A DNA stretch of 64,000 nt, from NCBI RefSeq assembly GCF_009914755.1, contig NC_060945.1. One strand, 5' to 3'. Below the pieces are notes generated by a model. It was not told where the DNA came from. It saw only the letters and a program-made list of their open reading frames with translations, and made no database searches. Both the position numbers and the translations under genes were made by a program. Positions 37,971 through 52,675 of this stretch are shown here, piece by piece (within the stretch, counting starts at the first letter, position 1; each line of letters starts with the position of its first letter). The DNA comes from the human T2T-CHM13v2.0 reference genome, Homo sapiens.

Positions 37971-40379
37971 CTGGTGCCCTGTGACTGGGGTGGGGAAGGG
38001 GCTACGCGGGGCTTGCCTGAGTCCTCCTCCCTCCACCCGCACCCAGAGACCTTCATGGGAGACACCTCCTCTCCAGGACCCCAGGGGCAGGGGTGATACT
38101 GCAGAGGTGGCTCTGGGCTTCCTCCCCCTCCCCTGCCAGGTTCTGCTTCACTCTTGCAGCCTGGGCAGGGGCGTGGGGTGTGGAAGGAGAAGCGAGTGGC
38201 CCCTTATCTTCAATCCTTGCTGGAAGCTGCAGTCCCTGAGCCTAACCGGGCCACAAGAATGCAGAACCAGCTGAAAAGAGGCCAGGGCCACTGCCCTCTC
38301 CCCGCCCTTGGCGCCAGCATGGCGGCCACGATCTTTCTGGTGCCGCGGTCTCTGACTCTGTGGGAAGAAGCATCCCCGGACTTGCCTCTCTCCTCAGAGC
38401 CCCAGTTCCATGGAGGGAAGGTGGCTTCCATGCCTGTCTCTGGGAGTTTTCCTTAAGCAGCTCCTGGAAGGGTGCAGTGGCGTCTCCTGCTGCGGTGACA
38501 GTTCCCCTGGGATGTGGAAGGTCCCAGGCTTTGGAGAACTCTCCCGGAGCAGAGGCCTCCGTCCCCCCAGGGGACGGGCTGGGCTCCGATTTGGGGGCCC
38601 ACATGCATGAGTGAGCAAACACCCCAGAGGGTTGGGAGAGCGTCCGTTCGTGCTGGCGGCAGCTGTGTGCTGATGCTCCAACATGCTCCGCCTGGGCATC
38701 CCGCACGCCTTAAGTGAGCTGGAGAGGGGTGTGGACGAGGATGAGGGCTCTCCTGGGGTGAGGGTCCCTCTTCAGTGCCACATCCATGCAGACCCGTGTA
38801 GACCCAGGCTTTTTCTCCATAGCCAGGTGGGCTTTATTTTTCCTTAAACATCTTAGGTGGTTCTCAAGTAATCGGAGGCTCGTCTGCTTTTCATGCTAGC
38901 GGTGCAATGCCCCATTTTATCGTGTGTCTAAAAGGCGTCCCTGGTCCCGCATTTTTCCTAGTTTCCTCAGTTACCTCCTGTGACCATTTGCTGTAATGAA
39001 AGCTGGAAGGAGAGCTCCGTGCTGTACCCACCCACTTCTGTGAAAAGTGGGAACAAGAACACAGATTTGGAACCAGTGCTGTGCTTTTGTGTTTTGGTAA
39101 ATTGTCTTTACCTTCCCTGAGCTGTTTTCTTCCATTCCTGCGGGATTGGATTCAATTCTATTTGATGGTGATGGCTGTGGACAGTACTAAGTGCCCTCCG
39201 AGCTTCTACAGTGGAGCAGCCTGCTCAGTGTCCAGGCCCCGGAGCCCGCGTTGGGGCTGCGGTCCCAGTGCCCCTGCCACTGTGTGGCTGTCGGCATGGT
39301 CCAGCTGGCCTGTGGCTTCGGTGCTTGGAGGGCTGTGGCAAGGGCTGTCTGTGCCTGGCGCGTGGTAAACATTCTATCAGTGTGTTGTTTATTATTATTT
39401 GTATGGTTATTGGGGTTCTCCTTTAATTTATCAATTATGTTGACAGAATTTGTGATATAACGATGCCCATCCATTCCTAAAATGAATCCCATTAAGATAT
39501 TGTCTGATTAGTCTTCATATATACTGCTGATTGCATTTGTTCATATTTGATTTGGAACATGAGTTGGAATTTCTGTCTAGGTAGAAGCTGGAATTGCTGG
39601 GTCACAGCATGCGCCCACCATCAACCTTCCTGGGTGGCACCGAGTGGCTTTCCTCGGTGATACGGGCGAGCGGGGCGGGTCATCTGGTGTCATGTGCTCT
39701 CCCACGCTTCCTGGAGCAATTTTTGTTGGGCTGTGTCTTTACCTCTGGGGGCTGTGGGGTGTGTGCTGCGACTTTCTCCTGCCTCTACCTCCTGGCTGAT
39801 GCGCTCACTCCACTGCCCTTTGGATCACGGATTGGCCATGAGGGTGTCCCTCTGGGATGTGCCTTTTCAAGACCTCTGCCCACTCCTCTGTGAGCAACCC
39901 AGAAATATTCTCTGCATAGGAACCCCTTGTCATTAAACAACTGCATGTACCTTGTTTCACTTGTGGCCTGTATTTCTGTCCCCTCACAGTGTCAGTTGAC
40001 CCAAACAAAATCTTAATTCTAACGTGGTTTATCATTTCAGCCTTTTTCTTAACAGTCAGAGCTTTCTGGTGTCTGAAAACTCTGCCCTTCTCCCCCGCCT
40101 CCCAGCTCTGTGTAAATCTCCCCTGCCTCCCAGCTCTGTGTAAATGGTGTCCTGTGCTGTCTTTCAGACGCTGTGTCGTTTATGCTTCCCCTTGAGACGC
40201 ACAGCACCCAAGTCCACGTGAGGGTGGATTGATGAGGGGGTTCAGGTTTCATTTTATTCACCTGCCCGTGCAGGGGACCACGCGCTGGGTACTGAAAGGC
40301 CTTCCGCTCTGCCCATGTCTGTGCGCACCTGTTTTTCATGACCTTCTGTTGAATTATTCCATGGTCTACATGTCTGGTT

Positions 40380-40737
40380 TTTGTTGTTGTTGTCGTTGGG
40401 TTTTCTTGTTTGTTTGTTTTTTGAGACAGGGTCTCGCTCTGTCACCTAGGCTGCAAAGCAGTGGTGCAACCTCAGCTCACTATACCCTCCACCTCCCAGG
40501 CAGCTGGGACTACAAGCGTGCGCCATCGTGCCTGGCTAATCTTCAAATATTTTGTAGAAACAAGGTCTCCCGATATTGCCCAGCCTGGGCTCAAGTGATC
40601 CACCCGCCTCAGCCTGCCTAAGTGCTGGGATCACAGGCGTGAGCCACCACGCCCGGCCCAGGCTGGGCTCAAGTGATCCACCCGCCTCAGCCTCCCTAAG
40701 TGCTGGGATCACAGGCGTGAGCCACCGCGCCCGGCCC
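40380..40737 (-). mobile_element. AluJ with a 78-bp tandem duplication of its 5' end
   Basis: ctgggctcaagtgatccacccgcc at 40585 and 40663. Confidence 0.9.
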
Positions 40738-41099
40738 GCTTGTCTATTCTTATGCCACTGTCAAATGAGCTACATTGCTGCAGCTTCATGTCTAGATCTC
40801 TAGTAAAATAAATCGGCTCACTTTGACCTTTTTCCTCAGGATATTCTTGAACTGATTAATTTTTCCTGTACATTTTAAAATCAGCTTGTCTATGGAATTA
40901 ATCTGTAGATCAAAATTGGGAGAATTAACATTTTAAATTATGGAGAGTTCGAGTCAATGAAAAATATGTTTTCTAATTCTCGGATCTTCTTTAATTGCTC
41001 TTTATGATGCTTTATAATTTCTACATAGAGGTTTCACACATCTTTTGTTGGGTCTATCCCAACTCTTTGCCTTCTTTCTGATGGCCTTATACATGGTAT

Positions 41100-41334
<235 letters not shown>

Positions 41335-41748
41335 CAATGCTGTCTTCTTTTAAGATTTGATTTTCCGTTGCTGGCTGGTGTGGGGATGTGGAGCGCCCTC
41401 ACCCTGTGAAGGCATCCCTTCCCGTCACTGTGTCGGTCCCTGTGGTTTTCGCTGCCCGTGTCCCCTGTGCTGCTGCTCCTTGCTGCTGGCCTCTGGCTGT
41501 GTCACCAGCTCTGGAGTGGCCCTAGACTCACGAGAGAGCGTGCAGGTCCCAAACCGAGAGTGGCTGGAGGCAGGAGTGCTGCAGGAGTGCCTGGGCCAGC
41601 CCCCTGTCCAAGTAGGGAGCTCTGCCCAGCTCCCAAAAGAGCCTCCTCACAAAGCCAGTCACTGAGCCCGAGCAGCGCGGTCGCCCCTGACGCGGCACCT
41701 TCCTTCCAGGCTCCTACCTGGCTCAGGGCGTCCAGCGGCAGCCAGACA

Positions 41749-41920
41749 GGCTGGGGGCCCCTCCATGTTGCGCGCTCCGGCTGACTCACCGGGGCTGGGG
41801 GCCCTTCCACGCGGCGCGCTCCAGCTGACTCACCGGGCCTGGGGGCCCCTCCGTGCTGCGCGCTCCGGCTGACTCACTGGGGCTGGGGGCCCCTCCGTGC
41901 TGCGTGCTGCGGCTGACTCT
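41749..41920. repeat. GC-rich minisatellite, 44-bp unit x4
   Basis: tgactc at 41782, 41826, 41870 and 41914. Confidence 0.92.
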
Positions 41921-44130
41921 CTGCTGCACATGTGCTGGCAGCTGTTCCAGGTTGCCACATCCTGGGATTATCTTTTCCAGTAAACTGTGGGGTCAGCAGG
42001 CCCAGTACTCGCCTTGCTGCTGCTTTTCACCCCCTGCACCATGGGGATGCATTGGGTCAAGTCACACAACGTCAGAAAACTCAAATTCGATTAAAAACTC
42101 AGGTCTGCTACTGGGCTCCTGGGAAAGTGCAGAGTCAGTTGGGGCCACTCTGGCAGGCTGCAGTGCCTCTGCTTCCCCCTGGCTCAGCCTGCCCACACCA
42201 GCTTCCCCCAGGGGTCTTGGGACATCTACCAGCAATGGCCAGGGTGACGTCCCTCCCTGTCCAGGGCGAGAGCAGGACAGATACTGTCTCTGATGCCCTC
42301 CCAGTGAGCTGGGAAGTACCGCTCATTCGCAGCCTCTCCTCCTCATGCCCACTGACCCTGAGGCTACAGGGAGGTTGACCTTTGCTTCCTTCCAAGAGGG
42401 TTAAACTTCTACTGTTCACTTCTGGATCTTTCACCTATATAGGACACACATTTGAGGGCGAGGTGGGATCCGATGTTGATTTTCGGCTGTCTGGATCCCC
42501 CACTGCTCCAGCCCACAGCCAATTTCTCCACCAGACTGTGAGCCACTTGCAGACAATGGCTGTGCCCATGGCCCCGCATCCCCGGTGCCGTGTGGGAACT
42601 GAGGAAAGGTGTGGGGTGAGGAATGTTCCCGCTGGACCCTTTTTCATGGGCCAGTAGGATGTCCCTGCTGCGTTCAGCTTCCCACTAAGACTAGAGGGCC
42701 CGTGGAGCCTGAGATGTTGTGTGCAGCACCAGGGCACCGATGGAGCGGTCAGGGGCCAGAACCTGCCCTTAGGCAGGCGAGTCCACGTGCATCCATCACA
42801 GCCAGGACAGTGTCAGAGCCCAGACTTGACTCAGCTCTCAGGGTGGCCTACCCTGTCTCTCATCAGAGATATTACGAATCCCGAAATGAGCATTTGAAAG
42901 AATTGGAACATTTGTAGGAGGCACACTCTTACGTGGTTCCCAAAGGTGGGACTAAGGAACACTGGCACCATGAGGGAGCCTGGCTATGGTCAGGAAAATT
43001 CAGCATCTTCCAGACATGAGACCAGTGTGGCTGGGCCGCTGGAGCAGGGGAAGGTGAGCGGTCACTGTTCCCCACCGGCACCTTTGTCTGCCTTGACGCT
43101 GAGTAGCAGGGGAGCAGGCTGTTCAGAATGCTCGCCGAGGCCAGGCTGTGTAAGCCCTGGATGGCCTCCGAATGCCGCCTGTGACAGGCAGGAGCATGAA
43201 ATTCCAGAAGCCTCCCCTGCCCTGGGTAGCCTCAGGGACATGAAGTGCATGTGAGGCTCTCAAGGAGAATGTGGCAGCTAATCTGCCCTGTCATTTCCGC
43301 CGTCCTGGCCTCGTGCAGCCTGATGCAGGCACTGAGCTGTTAAACAGGATAAATCAAGTAGGGGCTGCTGCCACCCACCCCGCACTGTGTTCCCTCCCAC
43401 AGTCACATCCCCCAGACAGCTGAGGCCGTGAGTGCAGCCCTGGACAGAGCACAGCTAACGGGGGTATGGCCAGAGCCGCTGGCTGCGACAGCGCTCGCTG
43501 CGGCTGCGAGGACCCCAGATGGCGCTTTGCTGGCAAGGCTTCTCCCGCCTTCTCGGGGCAAGCAGTGGCACACAGGAGAGAGCTCAAGGCGCCTGCTGCC
43601 AGCCGCACTCACAGCTGTGTGACCGCCCTTCTACACTCCAAGGCATCTCTATGTTAATATCCAAACCTATTCATCCATCCCCCAGCAAACAAGCCTTACA
43701 ACTTGGGCCTCACATGACACTTTCAAACGTGGGTCTCTTCCTTTCGGGTCTGACGGGATGTCATTCACTGTTATTTTTGGCATGAAAATAGATGATGGAT
43801 TACCTCTCTGGTGGTCGGGAACCTAGGCCTGGAGCCAGCTGGTCACAGTTCAGGGTCATCGCACTGTGTCACCTCGTGTAAAACGGAGGAAGAGCTCGCC
43901 CTACTGTGTTAGGACAGCCTGGATTTATATATGGAAAAACATGGGGCTGTGGCCCTGTGTGGCCGCTGTTTCATTACACATCACTTCTTACTAGGGCAGT
44001 ATTCATTTTACTAGCATTCTGTTGATTTGAATATTTTTTTAAAAAAAGAGTAACTGGCAAATTTATCAGAATTTATAGTGGTACCAGTTTTAAACAGATT
44101 TTGCCAATTTAATCAATATAAAGATGAAAT

Positions 44131-44415
44131 GGCCAGGTGCAATGGCTCACGCCTGTAATCCCAACACTTTGGGAGGCCGAAGCAGCCAAATCACCTGAGG
44201 TCAGGAGTTTGAGACCCGCCTGGCCAACGTGATGAAACCCCATCTCTACTAAAAATACAAAAAATTAGCCGGGTGTGATGGTGGCACGCCTGTAGTCCCA
44301 GCCACTCAGGAGGCTGAGGCGGAGGAATTGCTTGAACCTGGGAGGTGGAGGTTGCAGTGAGCTGCTGTACTCCAACCTGGGCAACAGGAGTGAAACTCCG
44401 TCTTAAAAAAAAAAA
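44131..44415 (+). mobile_element. AluS (Sq/Sp-like)
   Basis: ggccaggtgcaatggctcacgcc...gcaacaggagtgaaactccgtct-A tail; small right-arm deletion. Confidence 0.92.
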
Positions 44416-45587
44416 TTAAATGAGGCTTTGATTCTGGTCAAATGGAGTGGGGGTACACCCCCCTGCCCCTCCCACTGAGCACAGCTGGGACTTCTGCACA
44501 GAGTGCTGGAGCAGCTCCCTTGGGACCGGGAGGCGGCAGTGGGAGCAGGCTGGAAAGGAGTCCAGCCCAGCAGGGAGCTTCCTGTGTCCTCACTGCCCTT
44601 GCCACATGGCCTGGACTCCAGGCAGCCACATACCCAGAAGTGCAGCCACAGAGAAGCTCCGCATTTCTGTCTGAGGATGGAGAGGGAGCTCCTGCTGGTT
44701 GGCATTTGCTCCACCTTCCAGTCTCTCCCATCCTCACCCCCAGGCGATCCTGTGGCAGCAGTGGCTTTGAGGGCACAGCAGCCTGACAGGCTGGCAACGC
44801 ACAGGGGCAGAACTTTTCTCTCCCACCAGAGGACCTGTGGTCTCAGAGAATGAAGGGGCCCTCCCAGGGCCATTTCCCATCCCTGCCCTCCGGGGTGGGG
44901 GGGTCCTCCCGGGGCTGTTTCGTGTCTCTGCCCTTCTGCCTCTTGGCCTTAGACAGGATGCAAGTGCAGTAAGTTTCTGGCACTGTGGCAAAAGCCAGGC
45001 CCTGGCCAGAAAGCCCTGGAGATCACAGAGAGGGGCGAGTTTGAAAAGGGGATTTCATGAAGTTGTGTGTGCATTCCTGGGCACTGCCTGCCCTCTCTAC
45101 GTCTGGGTCTGACCACAGACAGTACAGCAAAGGCTTTGACAAGGGGACTGCAGGGTTGATGGCCCCCAGGTCCCAGCCGGGCACTGGGTGGCACACACGT
45201 GGCACAGAGCTAAACAGCGGTGCAGAAGCTCTCAGAACAGAACAGACATTGGAGCCACAGCCCACAGAGGCTTTGGAACTAACTAGAACCACTGCCCGAT
45301 AAAATAAAAATGTCGTGGTTCTGCATAAGATTTAAGTGATAACTGGAGTGTTACGACAATATTCAAACAGACCAGAGGACAACTCGACGTCCGTACTCAG
45401 CATAGGAAGAAATAGGAACCCTCAGCCTCTCCAGCTGGGAAATGAGCAACACACACCAACCTGGGATCCTTCCTGGTGGAGGATCCACAAGATCTTCAGA
45501 GCAGCTGCGCCACCGTGCTCCAGGAGGAAGGGTGAGCCCTCTCAAAATGAATGGAAAAATAGGAACTCTACGCAGGGAAAGCGAAGG

Positions 45588-45892
<305 letters not shown>

Positions 45893-46580
45893 AAGGAAAT
45901 AGATTTAAAGAATAAAATGGAAATTTTAGAACTAAAAAATCTAATAACCAGAATGAAAAATTCATGATGTAGACTCAATAACAATGGAAGTGACAGGGCA
46001 CAGCGTCAGCAAACACGAGGACAGCTCAGTACAAATGATCCATGCCGAGTGATAGAAAAAGGACTGGGAGAAATGAATGGAGCTTCCGAGACCTGCAGAC
46101 AATGCAGACACCACAGTACACGTGGTTTTTATGTGCACATGGGATGTTCCCCAAGGCAGGTCATATTCCATGTAAAAAACTAAAGCCTAACAAATTTAAA
46201 ATAATTTAAATCATATAAAATGTATTTTCTGGCCACAGTAGAATTAAACTATAAATCAATAACCAGAGATAACTGGAAATTTTCCAAATACTTGAAAATC
46301 AAAACACACACCTCTAAATAATGCCCTAGTCAAAGAGGAAGTATAAAAAAATTAGAAAATACTTTGAAGTAAGAGAAAATGAAAAAAAACCTATAGGATA
46401 CTAGTAAATCAGTGCCTCTAGAGAAATTTATAGCATGACAGCATCCATTAGAAAAGAAGAAAGGTCTTCAAACAATAATGTAAGCTTCCACTTGAAGAAA
46501 CTTTAAAAAAAGAAAACAAAACAAGCAGAAGGGAGTAAATAATCAAGACCCAAACCCAATGAAATTAAAAACAGAACTAA
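45893..46580 (+). mobile_element. Ancient L1 ORF1/ORF2 fragments
   Basis: aaatggaaattttagaactaaaaaat (ORF1-like) and ttttctggccacagtagaattaaactataaatcaataac (ORF2 endonuclease region-like). Confidence 0.7.
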
Positions 46581-47924
46581 GCCTCTTCACATTGGAGTAG
46601 TTCAAATAAAGGAAGGACAGAAACAATCATGGGTTTCAAGAGCTTGCAAAACGGTGGCAGTTCTCTGCTGTCTGCGTTTGTTGTGTGGCGTGAGAGTCCA
46701 TCCTGGTTTCGTGGCATTTTTCTCTGCATCCTTTTTATTGACAAGACGTTCCTGTCGTGAGTGGTTTTCCTCTGGCCTCTTCTGGGAGCTGGTGGATTTG
46801 CAAGTCACAGCCAGCCTTCGAAAGCAGGACTGTTGCCTGGTTCCCCAGTTGCCCTCCTGGAAAGCTCTACCCTGCTGGCCCTGGGCCTCGGAGGGGAGGG
46901 GAGCGCCTGGGGCGCCGCGGTCCTGACCCCACACAACTTCTTCTGCCATGGCCCAAACCCAGCCCTGTGCCGCCTCTGTGGGCCACAGGGACCCCCACAG
47001 CAGACCCCCAGCAAACCCTCAGTGACTGTCTGAATGAAAAACGCAGGAGTGGGTGGTGTGGGAGAAAATAGGATTACGATGCTTCTGAGTATTGAGTTTA
47101 GAAATCGCTGAATTTCAGAACGTTCCACGAGGCCGTGGAAATTGAGCTGGGCTCAGTGCTCATGGTGTGAATCTGTCTAATCCTTAAATACATACTGCGC
47201 CCCCTTGTGGGCCAAGAGTGGTGCTGGGAACTGGGGATTCAGTGGTGAACGGAGGAGACACGTGTGCCCTCTGCCCTCTCGGTGCCAGGGTGGCCCCAGG
47301 TGACTGCAGCAGGGCCAGGAGAGACGGGGTTGTAGGTACAGCCTGGTAGGCAATACCCTCCAGAAGAAGGTCCTGATAAGTGGGTGGGAGAACTCACCCT
47401 GTCCCTGCCACGGAAGCCAGGGAGCCAGCGGGAGGGCAGGGAGCAGTGACAAACAAGACCAAGGGGGTAGGTGCTGGGCTCTGGACGGGAGGCTCAGGGC
47501 CGGGGTTAAACAGCACAGCAGTGGGAAGGTACCTAGGGGCTTCAGCACGGGGTGAGTCCAAGCTTAGAAGCTCACTGGCAGCGTCAGGCAGCTCATGCCC
47601 AGCCAAGTGCTCCTGAGTGGACATGCCTGGGCCAGCTGCGGGCCACAGCTGTGGCTGCTTTCCTGGCTGGCCTTCATCAAGCTGAGCGAGTTCCCCTCTA
47701 TTCCTGTTTTTTTCTGAGCATTTTAATTTTTATCGTGAGTTGGTATGGAGTTTTGTGACAGGCTTTTCTGCATGCATTGATATGATTGTGTGCTTTCTTT
47801 AGTCTGTTAATAAGGTAGATTACACAGACAGATTTTCCAACCCTGAGCCAGCCTTGCATCACAGGAAGAATGGTTATAGCGTGTAATTCTTGTGGTATAT
47901 TGCTGAATTCTATGTGTTCATGTT

Positions 47925-49500
47925 TTTTGTGTGTGAAATGATTAAATCAAGCTAATTAACATATCCATCACCTCACATACCTTTGTTTGTGGTGAGGTTC
48001 GAGTGATCCTCCCACCTGTCTCCCAGGAGTTGAGACCACAGGTACACACCACCACACCCAACTAATTTTTTCAACATTTTGTAGAGATGGGGTCTATTTT
48101 GCCCAGGCTGGTCTTGAACTCCTAGACTCCAGTGACCTGCCTACCTCAGGCAACAGCCTAGGCAACATAGAGAGACCCCATCTCTATAAAGAATTTAAAA
48201 TCACTCTCAGCAATTTTCAAGTATACATTGTTCTTACCCATAGTCACTGTGCCACACAGCAGCTCCCCAGCCTGTTTGACTCCCGTCTAACTGAACTTGT
48301 GCCAGTGACCAACAGCTCCCATTTCCCCCAACCCCCCGCAGTCCCCGACAGCCACCTCCCACCCTCTGCTTCTGTGAGATGCACTTTTTTAGATTCCACA
48401 TGTGAGATCATGCAGTATTTGTCTTTCTGTGCCCAGTTCATTTTACTTGTTATAATGTCCTCCAGGTTCATCCGCAGTGACACAGATGACATGGCTTCTT
48501 TCTGTGTGTATGTCTGTGTGTGACATTTTCTTTATCCGTTCGTCTCTCTATGAACACTTAGGCTGATTCCACCATATCTAGGCTGTTGTGAGTTGTGCCA
48601 CAATCAACACGGGCCTGCATGTGTCTCCTCACTATAGTGACTTTGGGTATATGCCCTGAAGTGAGACTGCTGGATCCTGTGGTGGTTCTATTTCTAGTTT
48701 TTTGAGGAACTTCCGTACCGTTCTCCATAATGACTGTACTAAGTTTCCCATCAGCACTGTACAAGGGTTCCCTTTTGTCCACCTCCTCACCAACACTTAG
48801 CTTTTGTCTTTTTGATAATAGCCATTCTAACAGGTATGAGCCGATATCCCATTGTGGTTTGAATTTGCATTTTTCTGGTGATTAGTGATGTTGTGCACTT
48901 TTTCATATACCTGTTAGCCATTTGTATGTCTCCTTCTGAGAAGCTTCCATTCCGTTTCTTTGCCATTTTTTTAAAATCTGGTATTTGTTTTCTTGCTATT
49001 GAGTTGTTTGAGTTCCTTACACATTTTGAGTATTAACTCCTTATCAGATGTTGTATGGTTTGCAGTTTTTTTTCCAGTTCCCTAGGTTGTCTCTTCACTC
49101 TGTTGTTTGCTGTGCAGAAGCTTTTCAGTTTGATATAATCCCATTTCTCTACTTTCTGCTTTTGTTGCCTGTACTTTGAGGGCCATATTTAAAAAAAAAT
49201 CATTAACTAAACCAGTGTCGTGGAATTTTTCCCTGTGTTTTTTCTTAGTGGTTTTGCAGTTGCAGATCTTACATTTAAGTCTTTAACCCATTTTGAGTTG
49301 ATTTTTATAGATGGTGTGAGATGAGGGTCTAATTTCATTCTTCTGCACAGGGACATCCAGTTTCCCCAACACCGTTTATTGAAGAAACTGTCCTTCCCCG
49401 TGTGTGTTCCTGGTGTCTTTATTGTAGATGGATTGGCTGCAGCTGCGGGGTTTCCTGCCAGGCTCTCCGCTCTCCTCCACCGGCCTGCATGTCGTTCTTA
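47925..49500 (-). mobile_element. L1MA-type 3' end/ORF2 (contains Alu fragments at 47996-48200)
   Basis: aatcaagctaattaacatatccatcacctcacata, ttagattccacatgtgagatcatgcagtatttgtc, gctgtgcagaagcttttcagtttgat. Confidence 0.85.
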
Positions 49501-50533
49501 CACCAGCGCCAAGTTCTGGTCTTTAGTATTTCATTCCTCTGCTTACTTGGATTTATTTTGTTCTTCTTTTATTAGATTCTTAAAATGAGTGCTTAGATTA
49601 TTGATTGGAAGCTTTTCTCTCTTCAAATGTGTGTGTTTCGTGCCACAGGTTTCCCTCTCAGCACTGCTGTAGTTGTGTCCTGCGATTTTTGATATGCTGT
49701 GTTTTTATTTTCATTCAGGTCAATGTGTTTTTTGATGTTCCTTGAGATTCCCTCTTTGACCCTTGGATTGTTCATATATGTGTTTCATTTCCAAGTGCTT
49801 GGAACTTTTCTTGTTATCTTTCCATGATTGATTCTGGTTTGAGTCAGCTGTGGTCAGAGAACATACACTATGGTTTCAATTCTGTTAAATTTGCTGAGGT
49901 TTCTTTTATGGCCAAGGGTATGGTCTATCCTGGTATAGATTCTGTACATGCAGGAAGAGAGTGTGGATTCTGCTGATGCTGGACAGAGTGTTCCGGAAGT
50001 GTTCGTTAGGCCCCGTTGGTTAATGGTGTTGAGTCCTTCCAAATCCTTTGCTAATTCTCTGCCCAGTGGTTCTTTCAGTTGTTGACAGTAATAAAGTCTT
50101 CAGCTGTCGTTGTGGATTTTTATATTTTTCTTTTCACTACTATTAGTTTCTGCTTCACATATTTTACAGCTCTGTTATTTGATTCATACACATTTAGGAT
50201 TGCTATTGCTTATTTAGACTCTTTTATCATTATGTAATGTCCTTCTCTGTCTCTGATCATTTTCATTGCTCTGACGTCTATTTTTTCCGATATTAATATA
50301 GCCATTCCTGCTTTCTTTTGATTAATGGTTGCACGATACGCCTTTTCCCATTAGTTTATCTTCAGTTTGCTTATATTGTTCTATTTGAAGTGAGTTTTCT
50401 GTAGACAGCATATGATGGGGTCATATTTTTAAATCCACTCTGCCCATCTGTGCTTCAATTGGTGTATCTGGACCATTTATACTTAAAGTTATTACGGTAT
50501 TGAGATGTTAGGGCTTAAATCTGCCATTTCACC

Positions 50534-50850
<317 letters not shown>

Positions 50851-50999
50851 TAATTTTGTTGGCTTTGTTTTTTGTTTCTCTGGTTTTAGTTTTTTCTTTC
50901 TTCCTGTGAGTCAGTGTACATTTTTTTGGAATTTTATTTTATCAGTAGCATTTTAGAGTATATATCTGTATGGCTTTCTTTTTTAGTGCTTGCTGTAGG

Positions 51000-51182
51000 T
51001 AGTATATCATATATATACACACATACTGAATACTAAGTATATAGCATATATATACACACACAAATATATATATGTAGCACATGTATATACACATGTATAC
51101 ATACACATATATAACATACACATATGCAACATGCATGCACATCTAAATATACATATATGTCACGTGTGTGTGCATGTATAAT
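51000..51182. repeat. (CA/TA)n alternating purine-pyrimidine low-complexity tract
   Basis: Directly visible. Confidence 0.85.
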
Positions 51183-51183
51183 G

Positions 51184-51383
51184 TTTGAGACAGGATCTTG
51201 CTCTGTTGCCCAGGCTGGAGTGCAGTGACACGATCATGGCTCACTGCAGCCTCGACTAACCAGGCTCCAGCCGTCCTCCCACCTCAGCCTCCCCAGTAGC
51301 TGGGACCACAGACAGGCACCACCACACCCAGCTAATTTTTTAAATTTTTTTGTAGAGACAGGGTTTTGCCATGTTGCCCAGGC
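51184..51383 (-). mobile_element. AluJ fragment, 5'-truncated
   Basis: tttgagacaggatcttgctctgttgcccagg...gccatgttgcccaggc. Confidence 0.85.
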
Positions 51384-52675
51384 ATATATGTGTTACCAAT
51401 TCTACTGCTGTCAACATTTCACCAGTTGGAGGGAAGAAACTGTAACTTCCTTTATAATTTTTTTACTGTCCCTCATTTATGATGTAGTTGCTTTAAATAT
51501 TTCCTAAGCATTCTGTACATATCAGACAATGCTGTAATTTTTGCATCAGTCATCAATCATAGTTTAGAGGACTCGAGAGTGAAGCCTTTCTATGCACTCA
51601 CATGTTTGCCTACTATGTTCTTTCTTCCTTCCTGATATTCCAAGATTTCATCATTATTTCATTTCTGTTTAGAGGACTTAGGCCTTCTCCCAGCGTAGGC
51701 ACGCTGGCAGCAACTTCTCTTCATTTTCCTTCATCCCATAATGTCTTTATTCCTGATTATTTTCACTGGATATATCATTCCAGTTGGCACTTCTGTCCTT
51801 TTCAGCACTGAGCAGTTCGGGGCCACGTCCTCCTGGCCTCCGTGCTTCTCGCCTGAAATCCACGCCATCCGTTGTCTCCCTCCTGTAGCATGGGGTCATG
51901 TCCCTCTTGCTGCTTGCAAGAATTATTCTTTGCCTTTGGTTTTTAGACTCTTGACTACAATGTGTGTTTGTGTGGATTTCCTTGGATTTATCCTGTTTGG
52001 GGTTTACTCAGCTTCTCAAATATGTAGGTTTTTACTTTTTGCCAAATTTGGGAAGTTTTAGCCATTATTTTTTCAAGAGCCTTTATCCCCATCCCCTTTG
52101 TTCTCTTTTTCTGGTACCCTAAGGACATGAATGTTAGGTCCTCCCCATGTCCCACAGGTCTCAGGGGCCCCATCTGTGTGTCTTCGGTCTGTGTTCTCCC
52201 TCTTGTTGGGACGGGGTACTTTCTGTTGTTTTTTCTCACAGCTCCCTGCTTCTCTCCCCTGACTCTTTCACTCTGTTATGGTTCTTTCTAGTTCTGTCGT
52301 TCCCTTTCAGTTGCCTGCATCTCCCATTAGCTTGGTGGGAACTGGCTTCTCTGTGGAGGTATTCTATTCTGTTTTCTCATTTGTTTAAAGAGTGTTCCTG
52401 CTTGTTTGCTGAAGCATTTTTATGAAGGCTGCTTTCACTTCTTTGTCAGAGGATTCCGACAGCTCTGTCATCCTGGGGCTGACACTGTCTTTCATTCAGT
52501 TTGAGATCTTTTGGGTTCTTTGTATAACAGGTGATTTTCTTTTTGAAATCTGGACCTTCTGGATATTACGTTATGAGACTCTGGTTATATAAACCTTCTG
52601 TTTAGCTGGCTGCCTCTGATACTTCTCCAGCAGGGGAAACAAGAAGTGAAAGTCCAGGCTTTCCACTCGGCCTCT

